Assembly (NCBI RefSeq): GCF_037042905.1
Contig: NC_087250.1
Span: 23,934,001-23,998,000 of the forward strand
Source: Lytechinus pictus
Lineage: Eukaryota
Reading direction: 5' to 3'
DNA: 64,000 nt
Shown here: positions 37,327 through 47,961 of the stretch, piece after piece
How positions within the stretch are numbered: position 1 is the stretch's first letter
Layout: every line of letters starts with the position of its first letter
Program-made: the position numbers and the translations under genes
Notes under the pieces: generated by a model
Databases searched by the model: none
Seen by the model: the letters and a program-made list of their open reading frames with translations, nothing else
What the model was told of the DNA's origin: nothing

Positions 37327-37503
37327 GGTGACACGACATTTGCTCCGGCGACAATTGCTCCTGGCCTTATTTCATCTAAGGAATAGGGTTCTATGTTAGC
37401 TTTAGTGTTGGGTTTAGGGTTGGGTATAGTGTTAAACCCAGGGTTGAAGTCGGCGATTCCATTAGTGTGTGGGATTCGCAACGGAGCAATTGTCATGGAT
37501 GCC
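37327..37503. mobile_element. Miniature element with the same termini as the 17.5-kb foldback element
   Basis: GGTGACACGACATTTGCTCCGGCGACAATTGCTCC ... GGAGCAATTGTCATGGA. Confidence 0.75.
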
Positions 37504-37865
37504 TATTATTATTGGAATGTACATTGTTCACTATAGACTACCAAAGTGACGCTGTCACCAATTTTTTTGTCACACTTCATAATTTTTTATATCATATATA
37601 CTAGGAGCATGATGAAACACATGTACTGCCCAAATTTGGTAGGAATCTTAAAAATGTGGAGCTGGGCCAGTTGATTATGCATTCATGTGATGATATCTCG
37701 GGTCTTTTCAATCTCATTCCAACCTAATTTTGGCTGCTGTTTTTTATCATACTCTTCCGAGATATGAAATAATGATGATAAGCTGCAACGTAGGATGTTT
37801 GATGATGTTACACTACGGTACGCGTTGTTAATGCCTATCATCATTGGTATGTCCGTTGTTCACAG

Positions 37866-38035
37866 ATGAAGTTAGATGAGAGGGAGAGGGTGATACGAAC
37901 ATTGGAGGGCTCCCTCAGGAGTGCAGGGATGGAGAGTGAGCAGAGATTGATAGAACAACAGAAGGATTATGAAAAGAAGGTCCAGGTGCTGATGAGAGAA
38001 TTACAAGGAGAAGGAGGCGGAGGAGGAGATGGAGG
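37866..38035 (+). CDS. KIF27: KIF27-like exon 17
   Basis: MKLDERERVIRTLEGSL...QQKDYEKKVQVL; phase 0-2. Confidence 0.9.
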
Positions 38036-38042
38036 GTAAGTA

Positions 38043-38160
38043 ATGGATAGATTGATGGGTGAGTGGGTGGTTGGATGGAGGGATAGATAGATAAGTGGAT
38101 GGTTGGAGGGATGGATGGATGGATAGAAAGGTAGGTAGGTAGATGGATGGATGGATTGAT
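38043..38160 (+). repeat. (GGAT)-type microsatellite
   Basis: Direct reading. Confidence 0.9.
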
Positions 38161-38584
38161 TCACTTAAAATTTTGATGTTAACTTCCTCTAGTTTCTTTG
38201 TTATAAGGTCAATCACGTAAACATGCCTGTGAAGGACATATGTAAATGTGAAGGACATATGTAATGAATTGGGAATTTTGAGGGGCTATAGCCTCTCTTA
38301 ATTATGGACATGTGCTTAGTAACAATAATTGAAGCTAGACTGTGTAAAGGTATTGTTCATTTTGATTGAATGGAACTTGTGCAGTGCCCCTTATAAAAGT
38401 TTGATAAGTTTCTCTTGGAACTCAGTTTAGACAGATTGAAAGGAAGTTAACTGAGTAGATAAAGACAGCCATAAATGATTAAATGAATATGTGTCCTCAA
38501 GTGGTCCTTCATATGGTAAAGTATTCCTTAGGGTTTTGTTGGACCCTTACCTTACATCTTATATATTTTTCTTTTCTTTCATAG

Positions 38585-38712
38585 GTTTGCTGTAGAACAC
38601 AAGCTGAAGGAACTGGAAAAGGATCTGTTTTACTACAAGAAGACAAGTAGAGAATTGAAGAAGAAACTGAGAGATTTTGTACAGGCCAGTACCAGTTCAA
38701 GTAATGGACATG
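38585..38712 (+). CDS. KIF27: KIF27-like exon 18
   Basis: KELEKDLFYYKKTSRELKKKLRD resembles KIF27 'LEKDLYYYKKTSR'; phase 2-1. Confidence 0.9.
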
Positions 38713-39262
38713 GTAAGTGAGAGCGGGATAGAGGTGTTGAGAGAGTGGGGGGTTGGGTAGAGTTGGAGAGAAATATACAACTTTTCAAATTGCATGAGAC
38801 GAAAGAGTAGAGACTTGAAGGAGAAACAGAGAATTGTAGAGGCCAGTAATGAACATGGTAAGAGGGAGAGAGAGAGAGAGGGATAAGCAGAGAGATATGT
38901 GGAAAGAATTTTAACAGTCCTAGGGGGCGTTTCACATAGAGTTGAGTGTGACAGAGACATGCTTAAACATCAACACACAAATGTTATGCATGACCCGTGC
39001 TCATTATTTGACCAATGGGGTAATGTGTGTCCTATACCGCATGCAACTGAAATCTAAGCACAAATCTACGTCACACTTTACTTTTTTTGAAATATTCTCA
39101 GTGCCATTACTACAAGATTTTCCTCAAATTGTAAAATGACAGATTTTGCCATCCACCATGGTGACATAAATCCAATATTAAACAGGAATTTTAGTAGAAT
39201 AACACAACACTTTATCATGTGTTAAAATAATGGATATATTTCAATTGTTTTATTTCTTATAG

Positions 39263-39374
39263 AAGATGCTAAAGGACACCAAAGTGCTCGTGGGATACCA
39301 GCGCATGGAGGAGACGCTATACCGAGGGAGGCCACGCCCGTAAGGAAGTCAAGGAGAGAGGTCCGTGAGCTGAG
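39263..39374 (+). CDS. KIF27: KIF27-like exon 19
   Basis: ...EATPVRKSRREVREL; resembles the KIF27 tail 'TPVK..RKELRQ'; phase 1-2. Confidence 0.82.
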
Positions 39375-39553
39375 GTAAATAATAATATCCCTTACCTAAA
39401 GGCCTCATTTGTCTGTTTCTTTTCTGAAAGGCTAATTTTCTGGGTTTTTTTTCTCAAATGTCTCAAGTTCTAAATCTGTTTTTCTTTTGTGACATGTACA
39501 AACCATTCTGGCAAAAGAGATTACTACTACATATGATTTAAGTATACATAATA

Positions 39554-39935
39554 TTCAATTCAATTCAATTTATTTCCACTTTAAAAAGCAACAATATATA
39601 CAACGTTCAATGCATATTAGTATAGTGGGGGATCATAAAAAGCACAAAAGATGGCTTATTAAAAATGACCCCTTACAGTACAAGTAAACAAAGATAAAAT
39701 AACACAAATGACAACAATGTGTAATACAAAATAAAGGAGAGAAAGAACAAAGAAAGAAAATAGAAAGGAAACATTCGGTATGTGAATTCTGAATCAATCT
39801 GGTAAAGGAGGTGTCTTTTATACAGATATTTGAATTGTTTTTCAGTCTTACTATTTTTGAAATGAAATGGGAGATTGTTTCAAAGCATTGGACCATTAAA
39901 GAAAATTGACTTTTGTGCTATTGATGTGCGGTTAA
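39554..39935 (-). mobile_element. 3' fragment of a related LINE
   Basis: Minus strand reads NRTSIAQKSIFFNGPML*N, matching NRTSFAQKTFVFTGPKLWN of the 22.5-kb ORF; (ATTCA)n tail on +. Confidence 0.75.
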
Positions 39936-40261
39936 GCCTTGCTGGCTTCAAGGAATATTCTTCCTTATTAACTCCATTTAGCATAACCTGTTTTATTCTA
40001 CTAATCAGTTCCTGATTATGTAGTTTGAAGTGGCAAAGTCTGTTTAGGAAACACACTTTGAATATTGCAAAGAAACTTGTTTTATGGAATTGTTATGTTT
40101 TTGGCTTGATCATAATGCTCTGTATTTGTACTACATAAGAATTTTACTCAGTTATCATTTAGATTGCATTATTAAAAGGAGATAACATATTAATCAATGA
40201 TTTTGATACTTTAAATTCAATGTTTAATATATATTTTTTTTCATTGCATATTCGTTTTCAG

Positions 40262-40320
40262 TGAAGCTGAAGTTTCCCTCAGAAAATCATCAGCAAGTCA
40301 GCGGTCGTCCATGATAGTTG
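40262..40320 (+). CDS. KIF27: KIF27-like exon 20
   Basis: ttttcAG|t EAEVSLRKSSASQRSSMIV g|GTaag; phase 2-1. Confidence 0.78.
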
Positions 40321-40327
40321 GTAAGCT

Positions 40328-40462
40328 ATGATGATGATGATGATCTGGTGATGATAATGGTATAGTGATGATGATGACGATGATGTCGATGATGATGATG
40401 GTGATGGTGATGATGATGGTGATGATGATGATGGTGATGTTGATGATGGTGATGGTGATGAT

Positions 40463-40495
<33 letters not shown>

Positions 40496-40660
40496 GTTGA
40501 TGATGTTGATGATGGTCATGAAGATGATGATGATGATGATGATGATGTTGATGATGATGATGTTGATGATGATGATGGTAATGATGAAGGTGATGCTGCA
40601 GATGATGATAATGATGTTGATGATACTGTTGCTGCTGCTACTACTGTTGGTGATTATATT
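40328..40660 (+). repeat. (GAT)n microsatellite
   Basis: Direct reading. Confidence 0.95.
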
Positions 40661-40734
40661 GATAGTGGCCACAATAATTATAATTTTTGAGAGGATTCAG
40701 ATATTTCTCGCGTTTAAGTTCATATGACTCTTAA

Positions 40735-41148
40735 GGCGACCGCACACCTTACGATTGGTCTGCGACCCGATTTCAGAATAAAACGTAGTAGAATTTGATG
40801 CTAATATTGAGACTTGGAATATCTTACTGTCTAATGTTCAAAATCATCTTACGAATACCTATATTCAAATCTGTGACTATGCTATCATCCTTCTTAGAAT
40901 AAAAGCAAATTTAATATCTAGTCATAATGACGTCATAGCAGTCGTACGATTGGCTACGGTTTTGAAACTAAATTGGCCTTTACTCCAAAATAGAGGCTTG
41001 CAATCTTTCTAAATGGTTATATTAGGATTCTTTCAATTAATTTTAACCTCAAATAAAATGATATGTCCCATTCACATTTTCAGAAAATGAGCAAAATGCG
41101 ATTTGTTCCAAAATCGGATCGCGAACAGTCGTAAGGTGTGCGGTGGCC
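40735..41148 (+). mobile_element. Harbinger-like MITE family B, intact
   Basis: TIR GGCGACCGCACACCTTACGA / TCGTAAGGTGTGCGGTGGCC. Confidence 0.85.
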
Positions 41149-41308
41149 ATTATAAAATTAAACAAAATTTGAACATGCTATAGAGTTTTAAACTGCTCTA
41201 AATGCAAGAAGAAAACAGAATTAATGATAGAACAGTATATCTAGCAATGTAGCATCTTTGAATAACCATTGACCCATCATGCTTTATGTTTTTTTGTTGT
41301 TCATATAG

Positions 41309-41355
41309 ATTCAATTGAGAGTGGAGCCAGTCATGGAAACAATCCATGGAATTAG
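41309..41355 (+). CDS. KIF27: KIF27-like terminal coding exon
   Basis: catatAG|(D)SIESGASHGNNPWN*; phase 1 fits; 'DSIE' recalls the KIF27 C-terminus. Confidence 0.75.
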
Positions 41356-41711
41356 AGTGATGTGCCTTCTTAATTCTAAAGCAATGTGAGGTGCTCATCT
41401 TATCTTCATTAGATTAAACCCATTGGATACTGGAACCCGAGCAGTCCCCACAAAAAGTCTCTGGGATTCACAAGATTGAATAGCAAATAGGTTAATCCAT
41501 TGCCAACTGATCCCTGTACAAAGGGTATGGGAATCAGAATTCAGGAGTCAACAGGTTAATCCATTGCCAACCCCTCACAAAAGTCTATGGGAATCACAGA
41601 CGTCAGTTGTATGTGGGTTAAGCAATGATACCGCTTTGAATTTAAAAGAAGGAATTCTGGCTCAAAAATTAGCGACGGTACCTTGATGCAGAAAATTGCC
41701 AAATCAACAAT

Positions 41712-41951
41712 GGGTGATTTCAAATCCGGTGTTGGCCTTGGTGTTGGTGTTTGTGCTGAAATTTGGATTGCTTCCCCTAGCTCCAGAACTTATTCAGAGT
41801 TTGTAAAACTGATCCAGATCACATTATTGACATCTCAACAACTAGTGAGTGACTTTTCGGGACCATCTTCATTTTATGTTTGGTGTTTTAATCGTGTAAA
41901 AATTGACCTAACACCAACACCAAAAGGTCAACACTGAACTTGAAATCACCC
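41712..41951. mobile_element. Harbinger-like MITE just 3' of the stop codon
   Basis: GGGTGATTTCAA / TTGAAATCACCC; AAT TSD. Confidence 0.75.
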
Positions 41952-42428
41952 AATGTGTATGGGGGTACACAATAATGTAGGAGTGAGAATCATTTTGGAG
42001 ACAAATATTAGCACCTAGTGCTATAGCAAAATGCCTGATGTGTGAGCCTTGACATAAATATGAAAGCTTTCTTTGTTAAAAGCAGGAAGCACTATCATTC
42101 CTATGCTTTGAATTTAAAAAGGCGATGTGTAGGGTAGTGGTCAGTGCTTGATATGGAGTCCATTTTTTGTTGGCATCCTCTTTGAATGTAATGGTGCTAT
42201 GTGTATAAAGTAATTGCTCTTTGATGTTCTTGTATAAACAACCCCTGGTCAGTAGCTCAGCCTGCCCAATTGTCTTACAGACTCTGCTTTCACAGAATAC
42301 TAGAAATAATACCTAGCGCCTAGATTGAAAGTGTGTGAAGTACTGTATCATTTGGTCGTGAATGAACATAATAATCCATCAAATGTTCACATAGAAAATA
42401 CTCATGTCATGCCATTCATAAACAAATT

Positions 42429-42740
42429 GGCCCGTATTCTGAAGTTGGGTTTAATTTAAACTCTGGTTTTAAGTTGTGGTTTAACTATGGAAAGCCAGTT
42501 GTTACATAAATCTCTACGAGAAGAGGTTCAATGTATCAGCTCATTTGACTTCCAAAACATTATTAACTGCCTGGGAAGGATAAGTATGACAGTTGTCTTC
42601 ACCATTAAATAATTAGTGAAGAGCACAGTTAACATGAGAAGCATTCACTGTAAACAAAATTTTGAAATGTTTGGCTTCCCATAATTTTAGCATAGAGTTA
42701 GACCATGGTCTAAATTAAACCTGACTTCAGAATACGGGCC
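42429..42740. mobile_element. Harbinger-like MITE
   Basis: GGCCCGTATTCTGAAG / CTTCAGAATACGGGCC; ATT TSD. Confidence 0.85.
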
Positions 42741-43970
42741 ATTTTGTTTATGTACCTAGTTTTTGAAGCCTACATGTATATATGTATCTTTGAATTTGGT
42801 ATATCCTCCCAAAAGTGCATATCACCATCCCATTTCATTACTAGATTATATTAATTGGTTGTGGTGTGAAGGATATAAACTAAAAATGTGTTTTATTGGA
42901 TAAATTGACAAATTTTACATCAGAATATCATTTGAACAGGTGCCCAATCAACATATGATATCTGCATATTTGTCGTGTTTGTAATAAACACCTCAAGCAC
43001 GGAATGGGCTGAAAATTTCAGGATGTAATATTTGCCAGTCGCTTTTTAATATGCAGTTACTAAATATGTAAAGAAATCACCCAAACAGCTATATTGAATA
43101 AAAATAAAAAAAACATTGCAGAGAGAGGGTGCTAGATTTAAATTTAATCTTTCATGGCCGGATTATACCATATACTATATTCAACTTGGTGAAAAAATTA
43201 ATTCAGTGACTAAGTTCGGCATAATGTTAGGAATAATAAAACCATAGTATTGCTTTTTGGCGAGACCTGTGGTCGGAGTAAAGTCCAAATCTGCTTCAAG
43301 GTGCAGCCGATGATGACGTCATTACAATTTGGACTTGAATTTGCTTTTATTCCTACAGGGAGACTCAAACTAGACTGAATTTTGATTTCCGTAGTCCTAC
43401 CACTATTCTGAACACTTGAACGCTGAGATTTTTATTGGTTTGAATGTTCATATCAAATGTTATTATAATTTCTTAGAAATTCAGATCGCAACAAATCGCA
43501 TAGTGTGCGCCGGGCTTTAGGTACTAAACCTGCCTTCTTTTTTTTCATAGCATCAGCACTTTGTGATTGGATTTGTATGTGTGTATTTGTTGTGTGTGTC
43601 AATGCAGTACTCTTTATATGTTTTTTCACCTCGAGATGAAGTCAAATCACCTTGCTAGATATAGATAATTTATGCAAATTTTATGCTAATCTATGTAAAT
43701 TACTGCCAATTATATCTGTACATTTATGTTTGTTGGTTATTTATTTGATGTCCACTCCACCATGCATCATAGCATAGTGATAAGAATTGTCATTTGGTAT
43801 GAAACAGAAATTTGTTATGGGACAGTCACACGGTGAAGCTGACTCTGAACCGATTAAAGCTATTACATTATTATGAATGCCATAGCGTCGGTCGGATTGG
43901 AATCGGTTCCATGTGTGTGACTGTAGCGTTATTTACAGTACATTAACAATAAATCTACAAGGCAATTTGC

Positions 43971-44372
43971 TGGATTCACAATACAGTGCGCCATCTATCG
44001 GTTGCAGCAGACTGGCCAATATGTAACTTCGGGGTCGACACTGCACGCAGGCGCTGGCAGCGCACAGTGCTAGTGTTCTGTAATGTGAGTGTGATGCTTC
44101 AAAATGAAAACCATATGGAAAAAGCGGAGGAAGAACTCACTGAAAATGGTCTAAATTTCACAAAGAAATATGCGGTAAATTTCTCTCCACCTCCTGGACC
44201 CTGGTAAACAGCATGATTTTATGCGAGCCAACAGAGCTGCATTGGCCAACGCAGCATAATCGCATCCATGCACTAGCACGCGTGCAACAGATATAGACTT
44301 TTTCCCATGAGGCATTGCAAAATTCGGCCTTTCCATTGCAACCGATAGGTGGCGCACCGTATTGTGAATCCA
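43971..44372. mobile_element. MITE with ~36-bp TIRs
   Basis: TGGATTCACAATACAGTGCGCCATCTATCGGTTGCA / TGCAACCGATAGGTGGCGCACCGTATTGTGAATCCA. Confidence 0.82.
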
Positions 44373-44865
44373 TCAAATTTTGTAAAGTTCCAACGTGTGA
44401 TACCGTATTAGTGTGACATTCCTCAAATTTATCCCTGTTTTTTGCTTCATGTGAAAATCTCTCATTGCCATGCCTTGAGCAGTTAAAGGGAAGTTGAAAG
44501 GCTCAGTGTTTTATGGAACTGCTTTGCACAAGATCTGACACTTTAACATTGGTAGGTACAATATTTTGAAAACAAATTTTCGGCATTACTCCTATGTGTT
44601 TAAGATAGCATGCCAAAATATTTGTTTTCAAATTATAATTTCCTCCTATTAAAAGATACAATATTGTTTGCAATCAGCTAAACTATAAATTTTATAGTAC
44701 ATGAGCCAATTTAGAATTATTTATTACTTTTGGTTCATGTTTTGTTATAGACCAGGATATCTATCTAAGATGCACATGCTACAAGTTTTCATTTATTTTG
44801 TTTCTACCAAAAAACCCCAGTTCAATAGTATTAGGTTATTTATCTAATGGTTAATTTATGTTGTA

Positions 44866-44979
44866 CAGTGGCGGACCGTGACCCGGAGGAGACAAAGCAT
44901 TGGAGGGGCACAGCATTGTTCACAAACAATACAGTGCCCCTCCAATGCTTTGTCTCCTCCGGGTCACGGTCCGCCACTG
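44866..44979. mobile_element. 114-bp hairpin hAT-like MITE
   Basis: 46-bp perfect arms starting CAGTGGCGGA; 8-bp TSD ATGTTGTA. Confidence 0.92.
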
Positions 44980-46035
44980 ATGTTGTATAATACTATTGAT
45001 ACAAATTACTTATTCATTCCATGTGATTGTGTATGAATAAACCAAATACATGTAAGTTGAAGTGTAGTAAACTAAGAAATGAAGTAAAGACAGTATTAGC
45101 CCATTGCATACATGTAGTTATGTGGAAAACTGATACTATACAGATATTGATTACATGTACTTAGGTAGTCTATAACATGTTGTATTGACCCAGTCTATGC
45201 ATTTCCCATACAGCATTATGTTTATGCATTAATATGACAAAACTAATTAAGTAAGTCAAATGACATACATGTATATGTTATCAATGAAACAAATTTTATT
45301 TTGTCTTATTGACTCTTCATTTTGGAATAATTAGCAAGAACAATAAACATATATCATTTCTTTCCCCCTCCCCTCGCTTTCTTCCTTTTAATCTATTAGT
45401 ACTACATGTATACAAGAATATGTATAAATACATACAATTTATTATGTTTAGTTGTAAACAGTTTATTTGATGATACCCATATTATGTATTACATATAACT
45501 CTAAAATTTTCATGGAATATTCTTTTATTTGCTTTATTTCTCAAGCTTGTTGCATCGTGGAGTATTAGGCTTTATCTGACCTCGTGTAGAAACAGACATG
45601 GCTTGAACCAAGTTTTTCTTTTTACTGTACATTAATTTTGTACGAGTAATTCTTTAAGTGCAATCTATAATTCTTGAAATATTACATGTCTTGTTCCTTA
45701 TAGCTTTTGTTTTATTACATGCAAACCAAAATATGCATGTTTTCGATTTGAATATTATTTCATGCGTTACCTTAGTACACAAAAACAGAGTGCTTTATTT
45801 GCCTGCAGTCATTTGTATTTACACCTGATTTTATCATTGTATAGAAGTCTATTTCATTGTGATTTTTATTTGAAGACAGTATATTCCTATGTGATACAAG
45901 TACTTTATTAATCCATCCAAAACTGTGTGTAGGCAGACAAGAGATAACACATTGGATGCAAATATTAATTAAGACTTCTGTGTTACCAGTTTCTGCTTAA
46001 ATTGATTTAAACATTCCAATGCAAACATAACATTC

Positions 46036-46335
46036 TTTTTTATGCCTCTGTCCAGCGTAGGTAGTTGCTGGGGGCATTATGTATTTGGGGTGTTCGTCCG
46101 TCCGTCCGCCTCATTTCAAATTTGGTCCAAGTATATGTATATGACTGACAATGATCTGATTTATGTTGGGGGTCAAAGGTTAAAGAGGCCATTATCACAA
46201 TAACTAAAGAACAATTCTAGGGTTCACCTTATAAACTTGACTCTTGTATTCCTATGTAAGTGACAATGATATGATAAGATTTTAGGGTCATGAGGTTAAA
46301 GGATACAGGTCATCTGGTCATCAAAGATATGCGCT
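46036..46335 (+). mobile_element. 5' part of a third HINE/DINE-1-like element
   Basis: TTTTTTATGCC..GGCAT hairpin, (GTCC)n microsatellite, GGGTCAAAGGTT motifs; followed by a SINE. Confidence 0.55.
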
Positions 46336-46341
46336 CTTTGT

Positions 46342-46627
46342 GGAGCGTTGGTAGCCCAGTGGATTAGTCTTTGGACTTTGAAACAGTGGGTCGTGGGTTC
46401 GAATCCCAGCTATGGTGTAATTTCCTTTGGCAAGAAATTTATCCACATTGTGCTGCACTCAACCCAGGTGAGGTGAATGGGTACCTGGCAGGAATTTATT
46501 CCTTGAAATGCCACCACACTGTAAAAGGCTGCGGGGCTAAAGCTAGGGTAATAATATCCAATTAAGCGTATAGGGACTCATTTGGCAGCGATATGAGCTA
46601 ATAAAGCATGTTGGTATTATTATTATC
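46342..46627 (+). mobile_element. tRNA-derived SINE
   Basis: A box TAGCCCAGTGG, B box GGTTCGAATCC, CCCAGGTGAGGTGAATGGGTACC core, (TAT)n tail. Confidence 0.85.
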
Positions 46628-47462
46628 ATATAACAATAATTAATATTCATTATTTGTTTTTAATTTGTATTTTATGTCTATATAAATTCCCCTATATAGT
46701 CTTATTTGATAACCCCGAGCTAGGCCTACCTGAAAATGAAATGAATACAGATTTAAGGAGCATTTCACAAAGCATCTTGTGATTTTTCTCCTGTTATAAG
46801 CTACTGAAATCCTTGTATCCGTTTGGCTGAGAGGATCTTTGTCAGTGGAAATCAGTGGCAAGATGTTTTGTGAAAGGCTCTTAATAGTAGGCCCAATATC
46901 TTGTGCTGATTTAGGTGTACATTATCCATGACGTGAGTTGATGCTTAATAAAAGGCAATTTTTATGCTCTAGAAAAACAGTTTGTGCTATTCTGTATCCA
47001 TGCGTGATGTATTGTTGCATTTACTTATTTAGAGTTAGGATTGTAACAGAGTTTTTGGTTCAAAATAATGCAAAGAGAAGGATTAGGGTTCATTTAATTT
47101 TGGAGGTTGGGTTTTAGGTTTTGCTTTAACGTGCAGATTTTCCATCGGAGCTATTGTCGCCAGAGAAAATGTCATGGAACCAAGTTGGTGGCCAGGGAAG
47201 TGGAATAGCAAACTTATTCACTGTGATCTGGGGAGAGCTTCATGAAAGGACTTGTCAGACATTTTATCCGACAGTTACCATAGTAATAGTGCTCCTCGGC
47301 CAATCAAAAATCAAGGAAAGTTGTCAGATCTGACAACTTGTTAGACAGAGATGTTGATGAAACACCCCCCTGAAGGTCCCTTCGCCCAACCAACCAGTGC
47401 CCTGGGAACACTAGTAACATATAGCACAAAGACAAAGTTTCACTTCCTCTGTGAAGCACAGA

Positions 47463-47961
47463 CAGTTGTGTTCAAAAGTTAGTGAACCCCACCACAAAAT
47501 GCACTCCTTCATGTCGAGTGTTGAATGTAGACAACATTATGTAATGTTAAACGAGCCAAAAAGAAGAAACTTTATTGAATGTAGTAGTATTTGTGTGGAG
47601 GATTGTGGCCCAGTGGATTAGTCTTCTGACTTTGAAACAGAGGATCGTGGGTTCGAATCCCAGCCATGGCGTAATTTCCTTCAGCAGAAATTTATCCACA
47701 TTGTGCTGCACTCGACCCAGGTGAGGTGAACGGGTACCCGGCAGGATTATTTCCTTGAATGCATGAGCGCTGAAAGGCAGCTTGAGCTAAAGACGGGGAA
47801 GAGAATATTTCTAGATAGATGGCGCTATTTAAATGCCTATTATTATTAGTAGTAGTAGTATTTTATCACCTGACTTTGCAATTAAATATCTAACATGACA
47901 GAACTTGAACACTTTTAAATTTCATTTTCTGGTGGGGTTCACTATCTTTTGAGCACCACTG
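47463..47961. mobile_element. Tc1/mariner-like MITE interrupted by a SINE
   Basis: Colinear with 36879-37108 apart from the SINE flanked by GTAGTAGTATTT duplication. Confidence 0.75.
47597..47860 (+). mobile_element. tRNA-derived SINE
   Basis: Same family as 46342. Confidence 0.88.

Noticed and set aside
46342..46415. tRNA genes (also 47597)
   Set aside because: A/B boxes run into a SINE core and simple-repeat tail; acceptor stem absent.
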